NCBI GenBank assembly: GCA_050298595.1
Contig: JBNKUM010000109.1
Coordinates: 1-24,944, forward strand
Origin: Gammaproteobacteria bacterium
GTDB taxonomy: Bacteria > Pseudomonadota > Gammaproteobacteria > GCA-001735895
Length of the DNA stretch: 24,944 bases
Direction of reading: 5' to 3'
Under the pieces are notes generated by a model. The model saw nothing but the letters and a program-made list of their open reading frames with translations, did no database searches and had not been told where the DNA came from. Position numbers and translations under genes: made by a program. Every line of letters begins with the position of its first letter. Position 1 is the stretch's first letter. This document shows, piece by piece, positions 1 through 8,714 of this stretch.

Positions 1-1
1 C

Positions 2-3000
2 GATGGGCTGGTTCACGATTACAGCTATGCAGCAACCACCTACAACAGTTTGCCCGCCGTTAGTGTCGTCAAAAAAACACGACAGGTTGGAAACAGTACG
101 GTCATCCAGCAGTACACCTATATAGCGGATGCCAGTAATTATCGCATCTATAGCAAGGTTAATAATACAGATAATCTAACTGCTACTCGAACTTATTCAG
201 ATCGAGGTAAGTTGCTCGAAATCAATGATGAACGAGGGAATATCACACGACATGAATATGACACGTATGGCAATCGAATTAAAACCACTGAATTGGCCGA
301 TACTACCGATGCCAAGACTATTACCTATCAATACTGGAATAACACAAATCGTGTTGAAGTGAAGACCGAGTATGGCATTCTGGAAACGCGTTATACCTAT
401 GACGCAGATCTTCGCGTATTAACAAAAACCGATGTTGACCTGGCAGATCAAGCCAAAAGAGAATGGATCTATAGCTATCATCCGAACACTACTGATGCTC
501 AGGGAAATAAAGTGCTGGGTAAGCTCGCTAGTATAGATGGTCCCCGGACAGGCTCAGGTGATATGGTTAGTTTTACTTACAATGCTAATGGTCAGTTAAT
601 TCAGGAGGATCAGGCTTTAGGTCTAACGGCTCAGTATGGTTATAACAATATTGGACAACTAAGCTTAGTAACAGATGTAAATAATGTTACCAAAGAAATC
701 TTCTATAATAGTAAAAATCGAGTAACAAAAATTATCCAGAATGGGCGTGAGCGATCATTCGGTTACAACGAGCAAGGGATGGTTGCTCAAATGAAAGATG
801 AACTGGGTAGAACCACCTCAATAGAATACGATCAGTATAATAATGTGAACCGAGTGAGTTATCCTTCCGGTGATAACCTGTCCGTCGCATATGTTTATCA
901 ACCAACATCGACCTCAGTGACGTATCAATATTACCGAGGCAATGGTGCACTGGTTAGTACGCGTAAGATTGTTCTTGATCCTGAAAGCCAACAGACAATA
1001 GACCAGTTTGTCGGTGGGCAGCATGTGGATCACAGCCAATATAATGGCCTGAATGATCTGACAATGATCACACGCTACGGAAAATTTAATGATAATGATA
1101 CCAGTACCGAAACTGGTTATCAGTATGATATGGAAGGGCGTTTATCCCTCATAACGGATGGCTTAAACGGGCAGACTCAACTCAAGTACGATGAACTTGA
1201 CCGATTGACTAAGATAATCGACCCTAATAGTGCATCTACAGTCTATCAATATACAGCCTGGGGAGAGGTGAAAGAATTATCCAGTCCTGATACAGGAGTC
1301 AATGACTATCAGTTCGATACGTATGGCAATCCCATCCAGCAAGTCAATGCTAATCAGCAAACTACTCGTTATGGATACGATGCGCTTAACCGTCTGATCG
1401 GTATTGATTATGAAGGTGCTGATTTGGATGTAACGATTAACTATGATGAAGGCCAGAATGGAAAAAATCGTATAACTTCGGTTGTTGATGGTTCTGGTTC
1501 TTCTCACTTTGAATACGATGATCGTGGTTTGGTGCTTAAAGCAGATGTGCGTATAGTCGGATTATCGTTTTCACTGAACTATCAATATAACAATGCCGCA
1601 CAAACAACTCGTACTACTTATCCTAGTGGTATACAAGTTAATCGTATTTATGATACTGCCGGGAGGCTTTCATCTATCACCCTGACTGATACTGATGCTA
1701 ACACTATGGTGGACGTGCTCTCTCAAATGACATGGTGGGGTAATAATGTTGAAAGCTATCAATACGGCAACGACCTGACGATGCGGGCCGGTTTTGATGG
1801 GGCGGGGAGGCTGATTAGCAAGCAATTTGATAATAATAATGAGTTCAGCAATTTTCTTGATGCACAAGGGAATATCTATCGACAGGATTGGACTCGTGAT
1901 GGGGTCTCGTTGATATACAACTATCAATATGACCTGTTACAACGGTTAAAGCAGGGTGACACTGCGCTGGATGGTAGTGGCCAACAATGGACTTATGACT
2001 CGGTTGGCAATCGGCTTACTCAACAGGAGTTGGATAATTCAAGTAGTGAAAGCTATTCTTACGAGGCTAACAGTAATCGGTTAAATCAGCACAATAGTCA
2101 GGCTGTGCTTTTAGACGCTGCAGGTAATACTCTGAATGATGGTCAACGAAGTTATCAATACGGTGCTTCGAATCGACTCGCTCAATTGATTAATACAAGC
2201 AATAATCTGCAAGCAGATTATAAATATAACTTTAAAGGTGAAAGGGTTTATAAACAGCTAACTGGAAGCCTGAACCAGGAAATCCGTTACGTTTATGGTC
2301 AACAGGGTGAACTGCTCGGTGAATACGATGCCAGTGGTCAACGAGTCAAAGAGTACATTTATTTATTCAGTAACAGTATAAACGAACTGGTTGCTTATGT
2401 TGATGCTGACGGAGAGCTGTATTATATACATAGTGATCAATTATCTACACCCCGAATGGTTAGTAATCAACAGCAACGTTTTGTCTGGCGATGGGTCAGT
2501 AATGCGTTCGGCAGTGGAACAGCAGATGAAGATCCTGATGGTGATGGCAATTTAACAATTCTAAATCACCGGTTCCCGGGGCAGTATCAGGATATAGAAA
2601 GTGGGTTATACTACAACTACTTCCGAACTTATGATCCCAGTACAGGGAGGTATATCGAGAGTGATCCGATTGGGATGGCCGGTGGTCTAAATACTTACCT
2701 CTATGCTAGAGCAAACTCGTTATATTTTCTTGATCCTATGGGATTGGATTCCTGTAGCCCATGGATTGGGATTGGCTATGGACCTGACCAATTCAGGTAT
2801 GATGATAAAACAGGAGAATGGTCAGATTGGCAATTGATGTTTTGGTTGCATGAAAGACTGAGAGCTGGAGGGGCGCTCTTGACATGTGACTTTGAGCGAT
2901 ACAGAACGATAAACCATTATCAATACGTAGATAAGGAGCTGATACTTGAGCGCACTTGCACGGACTGTGAGGGTAACAGCAATCCTGAACGTAAGTCATC

Positions 3001-3145
3001 AATAATAAGAGATGATGAAGGAACGATAGTGGGGTCAACGACGGAAACTGATACCAAACATGTTGTCAAAAATACACCGGCGTATTACTGGTGGCAGGAG
3101 CATGGTCCGAGAGCACGCGGGCTCTGTATGCGGTATGCACCGTGA
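2..3145 (+). CDS. Rhs/YD-repeat protein (5' truncated by window edge) with Rhs-associated core and a 132-aa variable C-terminal tip
   Basis: Frame is open from base 2 (DGLVHDYSY...), so the TTG at 50 is not the real start. Many YD/YxYD dipeptide repeats. Canonical core RFPGQYQDIESGLYYNYFRTYDPSTGRYIESDPIGMAGGLNTYLYARANSLYFLDPMGL; DPMGL is at 2732-2746. Confidence 0.96.
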   Translation, partial: DGLVHDYSYAATTYNSLPAVSVVKKTRQVGNSTVIQQYTYIADASNYRIYSKVNNTDNLTATRTYSDRGKLLEINDERGNITRHEYDTYGNRIKTTELADTTDAKTITYQYWNNTNRVEVKTEYGILETRYTYDADLRVLTKTDVDLADQAKREWIYSYHPNTTDAQGNKVLGKLASIDGPRTGSGDMVSFTYNANGQLIQEDQALGLTAQYGYNNIGQLSLVTDVNNVTKEIFYNSKNRVTKIIQNGRERSFGYNEQGMVAQMKDELGRTTSIEYDQYNNVNRVSYPSGDNLSVAYVYQPTSTSVTYQYYRGNGALVSTRKIVLDPESQQTIDQFVGGQHVDHSQYNGLNDLTMITRYGKFNDNDTSTETGYQYDMEGRLSLITDGLNGQTQLKYDELDRLTKIIDPNSASTVYQYTAWGEVKELSSPDTGVNDYQFDTYGNPIQQVNANQQTTRYGYDALNRLIGIDYEGADLDVTINYDEGQNGKNRITSVVDGSGSSHFEYDDRGLVLKADVRIVGLSFSLNYQYNNAAQTTRTTYPSGIQVNRIYDTAGRLSSITLTDTDANTMVDVLSQMTWWGNNVESYQYGNDLTMRAGFDGAGRLISKQFDNNNEFSNFLDAQGNIYRQDWTRDGVSLIYNYQYDLLQRLKQGDTALDGSGQQWTYDSVGNRLTQQELDNSSSESYSYEANSNRLNQHNSQAVLLDAAGNTLNDGQRSYQYGASNRLAQLINTSNNLQADYKYNFKGERVYKQLTGSLNQEIRYVYGQQGELLGEYDASGQRVKEYIYLFSNSINELVAYVDADGELYYIHSDQLSTPRMVSNQQQRFVWRWVSNAFGSGTADEDPDGDGNLTILNHRFPGQYQDIESGLYYNYFRTYDPSTGRYIESDPIGMAGGLNTYLYARANSLYFLDPMGLDSCSPWIGIGYGPDQFRYDDKTGEWSDWQLMFWLHERLRAGGALLTCDFERYRTINHYQYVDKELILERTCTDCEGNSNPERKSSIIRDDEGTIVGSTTETDTKHVVKNTPAYYWWQEHGPRARGLCMRYAP

Positions 3146-4080
3146 TGAATACTATGCTGCCATCGTTCAATCGTTGTTCTAGGAGCCTTTTTTCGATGGG
3201 CGTGCTTGTTCTGCTAGTGTGTTCTTGCGTGACATGTGGTTTCGCATCTCAAATGCAGACGATCATGCTTGTGGAGGCATTTACAAATAATGGGTCGACA
3301 GCTGCTGGTTACAGGATTACAGGATTATCTGAGCATGTTGGGGAAGTAGAAAGCCTCTTGCGACTTAAAAAACCTGCCTACTTGCTTCAGTGTAGTGGGG
3401 GGGCAATATATTATTTGGATGATGCTGGAGGTCTTTGGAAACTTCCTCTCTCGACCAAAAAACCGATCCAAATTACGACAACAGGATTTATCCCTCGAGA
3501 AGGAGTGGCGACAAACGTCGTGTTGGATACGCAAAAAGAGTTGATGTATACAGTTTCCAATACCAAACCTGGCGATATGAGAGCTGCGGATAACTCTTTT
3601 GTTGTAACAAAATATTCATACAAGGGACCACCTGAGATTTTGACTAGTAAGATGGGCAGGGCCTTTGCAATACGATCATTATCAAGTGATATTCTCGAAG
3701 TATTCACGAACAATGGGCTGCTCCAGATTGATATCTCTACGGGCGCGGTGAAGCATATTCGTTTACTCGAAAAGATCAATGCTTCAGATATTCAGCGGAT
3801 TGAAGGTGGACTGATATTTTTCGGGCATGACGGGGGAGCTGATGTCGAGGTGAGGAACGGGACGCTTGGTAGGTCTATTTTTCGTATGCGGATAAATGAT
3901 GGCTTTGCTTTGGTGATGGATTATAACTCTAGGATGCGGGAACTTTTGATGGTAGTGGTGGATCCGAATTTTGGGCCAGACCGGCTGGTTCGAGTAGATC
4001 TAAAGACAGGTGAACAAACAGATGTTTACAAAGCGGCATCGATTGGTAGTGCTTGTTTCGGTGGAAATGAAGATGAATAG
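3145..4080 (+). CDS. Putative exported beta-rich (propeller-like) protein; candidate immunity/partner protein of the Rhs
   Basis: ATG at 3145 overlaps the Rhs stop (TGATG) and is in frame with the 3091 ORF. N-terminal basic then hydrophobic stretch (GVLVLLVCSCVTCGFA). Propeller-like motifs YYLDDAGGLWKL, QIDISTG, RVDLKTGE. Immunity role is positional inference. Confidence 0.7.
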   Translation: MNTMLPSFNRCSRSLFSMGVLVLLVCSCVTCGFASQMQTIMLVEAFTNNGSTAAGYRITGLSEHVGEVESLLRLKKPAYLLQCSGGAIYYLDDAGGLWKLPLSTKKPIQITTTGFIPREGVATNVVLDTQKELMYTVSNTKPGDMRAADNSFVVTKYSYKGPPEILTSKMGRAFAIRSLSSDILEVFTNNGLLQIDISTGAVKHIRLLEKINASDIQRIEGGLIFFGHDGGADVEVRNGTLGRSIFRMRINDGFALVMDYNSRMRELLMVVVDPNFGPDRLVRVDLKTGEQTDVYKAASIGSACFGGNEDE

Positions 4081-4180
4081 TGTTTGATAGGTGATTACAA
4101 CGTGTTAGGACGACAGATGGGAATTTGTGGGAAGGTTTTGGTCTAGATTAGTGGATCCGCTTCCATTACGTGAATTCTTA

Positions 4181-4267
4181 ATGCTACGACGAGCAGTACG
4201 AATAGAGTTCGAAGAGGGGCTCTACTATGCCGCAGCTCGAGGTGACCGTCGAGATGCCTGTTGTTAG
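4181..4267 (+). pseudogene. Decayed N-terminal fragment of an IS200-like/REP-associated (Y1, HUH) tyrosine transposase
   Basis: Translates to MLRRAVRIEFEEGLYYAAARGDRRDACC*, resembling the family N-terminus as I recall it (MxRxxRIExxGxxYHVxxRGxxRxxIF). The His of YHV is lost and a stop follows after 28 codons. Confidence 0.65.
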
Positions 4268-4379
4268 ATTGGTATAATTTAATAGCAACAATTGGAATCA
4301 GTTCTTACTTGAATTTTAAGTTGCGCTTGTATTTTAACTTAAATAGTAGTTTGAAATAATTTAGGGAGTTATTGGTAAT

Positions 4380-5393
4380 ATGAATAGACGTAAAAAGTTA
4401 TTTTTGTTTGGATGTTTGGGATTATACACATTGCTTACATCAGTTTTCGCTGGTGAAATTGTTGTTTACACATCTTTAGACCAGGTATTTTCAGAACCCA
4501 TCCTTAAAGACTTCGAGCAACAAACAGGTATTCAGGTTAGACCTGTTTACGACGTTGAAGCCACTAAATCAACAGGCCTGGTCAATAGACTTATTGCCGA
4601 AAAAACCAACCCTCGCGCCGATGTTTTCTGGAACTCAGAAGTTGGTCGGACATTAGTACTGAAAGATAAAGGTGTTCTGTCCCCTTATAGTTCTCCAGCG
4701 GCCAAAGATATTCCTGAGCAATTTAAGGATGCTAACGGTTATTGGACTGGATTTGCAGCCAGGGCCAGAGTCCTGATTTATAATACTGAGATGGTTAATC
4801 CCTCAGAGGTTCCACAATCCATCTTTGAATTAACATCGGATAAATGGAAAGACAAGGTAGCTTTGAGTTATCCTCTGTTCGGCACAAGTGCTACACATGT
4901 TGCCGCTTTGTATGCTCTGATCGGTCCTGAAAAAACCGAACAATATTTTACCAAGATGAAAAATAATGGTGTGATCATCGTGGATGGTAATTCGGTTTCG
5001 CGTGATCTGGTGGTGCAGAAAGAAGTGCCTATTGGTTTCACTGATACCGATGATGTGAATGTGGCAATACAGTCAGGCAAGCCAGTGAAAATGGTTTTTC
5101 CTGATAAGGAAGGTATGGGAACACTGTTGATTCCAAATACTGTGGCTTTAATCAATAAAGCACCACACCCGAACGAAGCTAAGAAGCTGATTGATTTTCT
5201 GTTATCCCGTGAAGTGGAGAGCAAGCTGGCCTTCTCTGAATCAATGCAGATTCCACTGAGAAAAGGGGTAAATCGTCCTGCACATGTTCCGGCGTATGAC
5301 AGCATTCGGGCTATGCCAGTGGATTATCAGGCAATCGCCGATAACCTTGAGCCTTCAGCACACTTTACTCATTCGTTATTTGACCGTAGATAA
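4380..5393 (+). CDS. ABC transporter periplasmic solute-binding protein (Fe3+/thiamine/AfuA-like type 2 PBP)
   Basis: Signal peptide (MNRRKK...VFA). Motifs VVYTS, FEQQTGIQV, RLIAEKTNPRADVFW, APHPNEAKKLIDFLLS. GGGAG upstream. Confidence 0.92.
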   Translation: MNRRKKLFLFGCLGLYTLLTSVFAGEIVVYTSLDQVFSEPILKDFEQQTGIQVRPVYDVEATKSTGLVNRLIAEKTNPRADVFWNSEVGRTLVLKDKGVLSPYSSPAAKDIPEQFKDANGYWTGFAARARVLIYNTEMVNPSEVPQSIFELTSDKWKDKVALSYPLFGTSATHVAALYALIGPEKTEQYFTKMKNNGVIIVDGNSVSRDLVVQKEVPIGFTDTDDVNVAIQSGKPVKMVFPDKEGMGTLLIPNTVALINKAPHPNEAKKLIDFLLSREVESKLAFSESMQIPLRKGVNRPAHVPAYDSIRAMPVDYQAIADNLEPSAHFTHSLFDRR

Positions 5394-6989
5394 GTGCGCC
5401 TATCCAGATTAGCGAGGTATCTAATTTGGCTCTTCTTCGGCCTTGTTGTGTTGCTTCCTTTGGTGCAACTGGGTGTTGAGGCATTTTGGAAAAACGACCG
5501 AATAGATTTCAAACCAGTTCTGGAACTGTTCTCAACATCCAGTCAATGGTCGCTATTATTAAATAGTCTCATGCTGGCAAGTGGTGCCAGCGTGGTGGCA
5601 ATTGTAATTGGGGTGCCCTATGCATTACTTTGTGAAAAAAGTAGCTTCTGGGGGCGATCTTTTTTTAAAGTGGCTTATCTGGTTCCCCTTCTGATCCCGC
5701 CCTATATGCAGGCAATAGTCTGGAGCCAACTGCTTGCCAAAAACGGATCTGTTAATACCTTTTTAGTCGATGCGCTAAATCTTACCCAGCCACTACTCTC
5801 TGCTTATAGTCTGACGGGTGCAATCATCGTCTTTGGCCTGGCGTATTTCCCCTTTGTGACTTTAATCACTATCAGTGGGCTTAAGAGTGTGGACCGGGAA
5901 TTCGAAGAGGCTGCGTTGTTGCAACAAAAACCTAAACGCTCTCTGATCTATGTAACCTTGCCGCTGGTTTTTCCTCATATCATTGCGGGCACTGTTTTTG
6001 TTTTCATCTTCTCAATTATAGATTTCAGTGTTCCTGATATATTACGGGTCAAGGTATATCCCGTTGAGATTTTTGTCCAGTTCAGTGCTTTCTATAATGA
6101 AAAAGCGGCCATCGTGCTGGGGTTACCATTATTGGTAATCACCACGCTAATGGTTTCTTTACAGGCCTGGGTAATGCGAGGCCGAAGCTATGTCAGCTTT
6201 TCAAATGACGCTAAAAGGTTGCAGAGCTACTTTCATGAAGGTTATAGATGGTGGCTATTCGCCTTCTGTGCGGTAGTCGTAGGTATGACAGTCCTCATTC
6301 CTGTTGGTGTGTTACTGGAGATGGCAGGGCCACTGGCGACCTACCAGAAGGCTCTGAGTACCTCCTGGGAGCAGATTGCTTACAGTTTTACATTGGCGGT
6401 TATTGGCGCTGCAGTAATGACCCTGCTGGCTTTTCTGGTTGCCTATACCGTAGCCAGAGGTTCACCGAAAACTCGCAACGCCGGTATCTATCTGACGCAA
6501 CTACCATTTGCTATTCCACCTATACTTCTGGGATTGGCATTGATCAAAATCTGGAACAGACCCTGGATCGACTGGGTATACGGAAGCTCAATGATTATTC
6601 TTATCGGTTATCTGGCCCACTTTGTGCCATTTACTATACGTGCCGTTTATGCAAGTCTGCAGCAACTCAATCCGCAGCTAGAAGAGGTGGGCTGCTTACT
6701 GAGTAAAAGTCGAATGCGAGTGATGGGGTTAATCACCATTCCGATGATTAAAAATGGACTTGTGGTGGGTTTTTTTATCTCTTTCGTACTGGCATTCAGT
6801 GAGCTGGGTGTTACATTGCTGGTCATTCCACCCGGAAAGGCCACGATACCGATCAAGATCTATAACTTCATGCATTATGGCGCAGAGCATATGGTTGCTG
6901 CATTATGTCTGATTCTACTCATCATACAGATGTTATTCTCCGCAGGGCTTCTCTGGTTGTTTAACAGGACTAAGGATGGCGTGTCGTGA
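5394..6989 (+). CDS. ABC transporter permease, fused two-domain FbpB/AfuB type
   Basis: About 12 hydrophobic segments and two EAA-like loops (EFEEAA, QLEEVG). GTG start directly abuts the upstream stop. Confidence 0.92.
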   Translation: MRLSRLARYLIWLFFGLVVLLPLVQLGVEAFWKNDRIDFKPVLELFSTSSQWSLLLNSLMLASGASVVAIVIGVPYALLCEKSSFWGRSFFKVAYLVPLLIPPYMQAIVWSQLLAKNGSVNTFLVDALNLTQPLLSAYSLTGAIIVFGLAYFPFVTLITISGLKSVDREFEEAALLQQKPKRSLIYVTLPLVFPHIIAGTVFVFIFSIIDFSVPDILRVKVYPVEIFVQFSAFYNEKAAIVLGLPLLVITTLMVSLQAWVMRGRSYVSFSNDAKRLQSYFHEGYRWWLFAFCAVVVGMTVLIPVGVLLEMAGPLATYQKALSTSWEQIAYSFTLAVIGAAVMTLLAFLVAYTVARGSPKTRNAGIYLTQLPFAIPPILLGLALIKIWNRPWIDWVYGSSMIILIGYLAHFVPFTIRAVYASLQQLNPQLEEVGCLLSKSRMRVMGLITIPMIKNGLVVGFFISFVLAFSELGVTLLVIPPGKATIPIKIYNFMHYGAEHMVAALCLILLIIQMLFSAGLLWLFNRTKDGVS

Positions 6990-7705
6990 TTCGCACAGAA
7001 AATTTATCGAAAAACTACGGAACTCGGAATGCGGTGAACGATATAAACATCGCCCTCGATCGGGATAGTATTCTGGTTGTATTGGGTCCTTCAGGAGGAG
7101 GCAAGAGCACATTATTACGTTTGATCGCAGGGCTGGAGCAGCCGGATACAGGAAGTGTTGAGATCGATGGAAAACTGGTCAGCTCCAAACATGTTTTAGT
7201 GGCTCCCTACCAGCGACATGTCGGCATGATTTTCCAGGGGCTTGCGCTTTGGCCACACATGACGCTGTTTGATAATGTGGCCTTTGGTTTGAGTGGAAAG
7301 GGTTTATCGAAATCAGATATTACCAACAAGGTCGAAACCGTACTGAGGCAGGTTTCATTGCATGAATACATTAAAAATTTTCCGCATCAACTCTCGGGGG
7401 GAGAAAAGCAGCGTCTGGCCATTGCGCGTGCATTAGTTACAGCGCCAGCATACCTGTTAATGGATGAACCCTTCAGTAGTCTTGATCCAGTACTCAAGAT
7501 AGAGTTGATGGAGCTTTTAAAGGAAGTTAAAACACAGTATCAAATGGGTGTCGTCTATGTCACTCACAATCTGGATGAAGCAATTACACTAGCCGATAGA
7601 ATGACTATTATAAGAGGTGGCAAATTGCAGGGAGAAATAACCCAGGAACGTATTAATACCATAACCCAGGTTGAACTACTGGAATGGTATAGGGAGATAA
7701 AATGA
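6986..7705 (+). CDS. ABC transporter ATP-binding subunit (FbpC/PotA-like, no C-terminal regulatory domain)
   Basis: Walker A GPSGGGKS, signature LSGGE, Walker B LLMDEP, H-loop VTH. GTGA overlap with the permease. Confidence 0.95.
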   Translation: MIRTENLSKNYGTRNAVNDINIALDRDSILVVLGPSGGGKSTLLRLIAGLEQPDTGSVEIDGKLVSSKHVLVAPYQRHVGMIFQGLALWPHMTLFDNVAFGLSGKGLSKSDITNKVETVLRQVSLHEYIKNFPHQLSGGEKQRLAIARALVTAPAYLLMDEPFSSLDPVLKIELMELLKEVKTQYQMGVVYVTHNLDEAITLADRMTIIRGGKLQGEITQERINTITQVELLEWYREIK

Positions 7706-8190
7706 AACAGTTTGGAAGCAGCATGATAGTTTTATTGATAGCCTCTGTGTTTAATTGTGCCGGAGCTAGTGATAATAACATTTTCTCGACCTGGGAAGGT
7801 CTTGAAGCCGATAAATGTGCATCTATCTGGTTGATCAAACGCTTTATCTCACCAAATGCACAGATACGATTTTATCCTAAGGGGGACACCATTGTTGAGG
7901 GTATACCCTTTGATACTCCCGATGCAGAATTTCGTCGTTATCATAGCAACTCGACTTTTGAAACCATGAAGCAGCACTACCAGATAGTCGACCAGAGGGT
8001 TGATTATATCGGACGTATTATCCATGATATTGAGATCAATGTTTGGGAGAAAAAGTTAATGCCAGAAACTCATCAGGTGATCAGGGAGCTTCGCCCTATC
8101 ATGGTTGAAGAATCGCCAATAGATGCAGTTACCCAGTGCCAATCTTACTTCGAGGATTTCTATGTAAAGTTAAAACACCTTACGCCTTGA
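7702..8190 (+). CDS. Exported protein with ChrB C-terminal-like (chromate resistance) domain
   Basis: DKCASIWLIKRFISPNA...PFD...AEF...TFE...IIHDIEI matches the ChrB-C pattern DRxACxWLIRRFIDP...FD...TF. N-terminal signal peptide. ATGA overlap with the ATPase. Confidence 0.8.
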   Translation: MKQFGSSMIVLLIASVFNCAGASDNNIFSTWEGLEADKCASIWLIKRFISPNAQIRFYPKGDTIVEGIPFDTPDAEFRRYHSNSTFETMKQHYQIVDQRVDYIGRIIHDIEINVWEKKLMPETHQVIRELRPIMVEESPIDAVTQCQSYFEDFYVKLKHLTP

Positions 8191-8226
8191 TCTACACCAC
8201 CGCAAACGCACTACATCTCGTCAAAC

Positions 8227-8245
8227 TGCGGATTCCAGGTTGAAG
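8227..8245 (+). repeat. 19-bp direct repeat, copy 1 (TGCGGATTCCAGGTTGAAG)
   Basis: 18/19 identical to 9237-9255. Confidence 0.85.
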
Positions 8246-8251
8246 GTTTAA

Positions 8252-8371
8252 TCAGCAGGGATGACAGAGAATCTTTACCGCACAATAAAAACACGACGAA
8301 CACAGCGGGAAATACAATGTTAATAAGGGGGGGGCTTCGATAGAAGCCTGAGTTTTCCCTGCTTTTGGCAT
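8252..8371 (-). CDS. Possible 39-aa Cys-rich small protein
   Basis: AAGGAG precedes the ATG at typical spacing. Peptide MPKAGKTQASIEAPPLLTLYFPLCSSCFYCAVKILCHPC. No homology evidence. Confidence 0.3.
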   Translation of the reverse strand: MPKAGKTQASIEAPPLLTLYFPLCSSCFYCAVKILCHPC

Positions 8372-8543
8372 AATGTGCTCCTTGTGATTAGATGAGGTTA
8401 TCAAAAAACCTCAACTTTTGCTTGCAGATCCCAATGTTCATTCTCATTCCCAATATATGTCCTAATCTTTTCTCACTAATCTTCTGGTGTGATCGGATTA
8501 AGCAGAAATGATCATCTTTTGGCCTGTCGCATTTTCACAATAG

Positions 8544-8584
8544 TTGATGCAGGTCAATACTTGCGTCATCGATTGTATTATATT
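8544..8584 (+). promoter_or_regulatory. FNR/CRP-family (FNR/Anr/Dnr) box with class II promoter geometry
   Basis: TTGATgcagGTCAA at 8544-8557 (9/10 match to TTGAT-N4-ATCAA). A -10-like TATATT at 8579-8584 fits a box centred near -41.5. Confidence 0.7.
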
Positions 8585-8714
8585 GGATATCTTACCCGAT
8601 ACCGCTTTCTGGTTAGATTTCTTATACCAGGTAATCAATATATTTAAATGAGATTACTGGTTACAGCATTTCAACCCTGTTGTCTCATCAATACCACAAC
8701 TAGGAGCACATGTT

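Noticed and set aside
4290-4310. Fur box upstream of the ABC operon
   Set aside because: Only about half of the 7-1-7 consensus matches, in very AT-rich DNA.
8227-8245. tRNA fragment as origin of the 19-bp repeat
   Set aside because: No GTTCRA T-loop, acceptor stem or CCA end on either strand.
8331-8356. Hairpin GGCTTC-gata-GAAGCC as terminator of the ABC operon
   Set aside because: The U-tract is short and offset, and it lies about 140 bp past the stop; ambiguous.
8433-8451. Fur-like sequence (minus strand GGGAATGAGAATGAACATT)
   Set aside because: 12/19 match by hand; too weak to call without conservation data.
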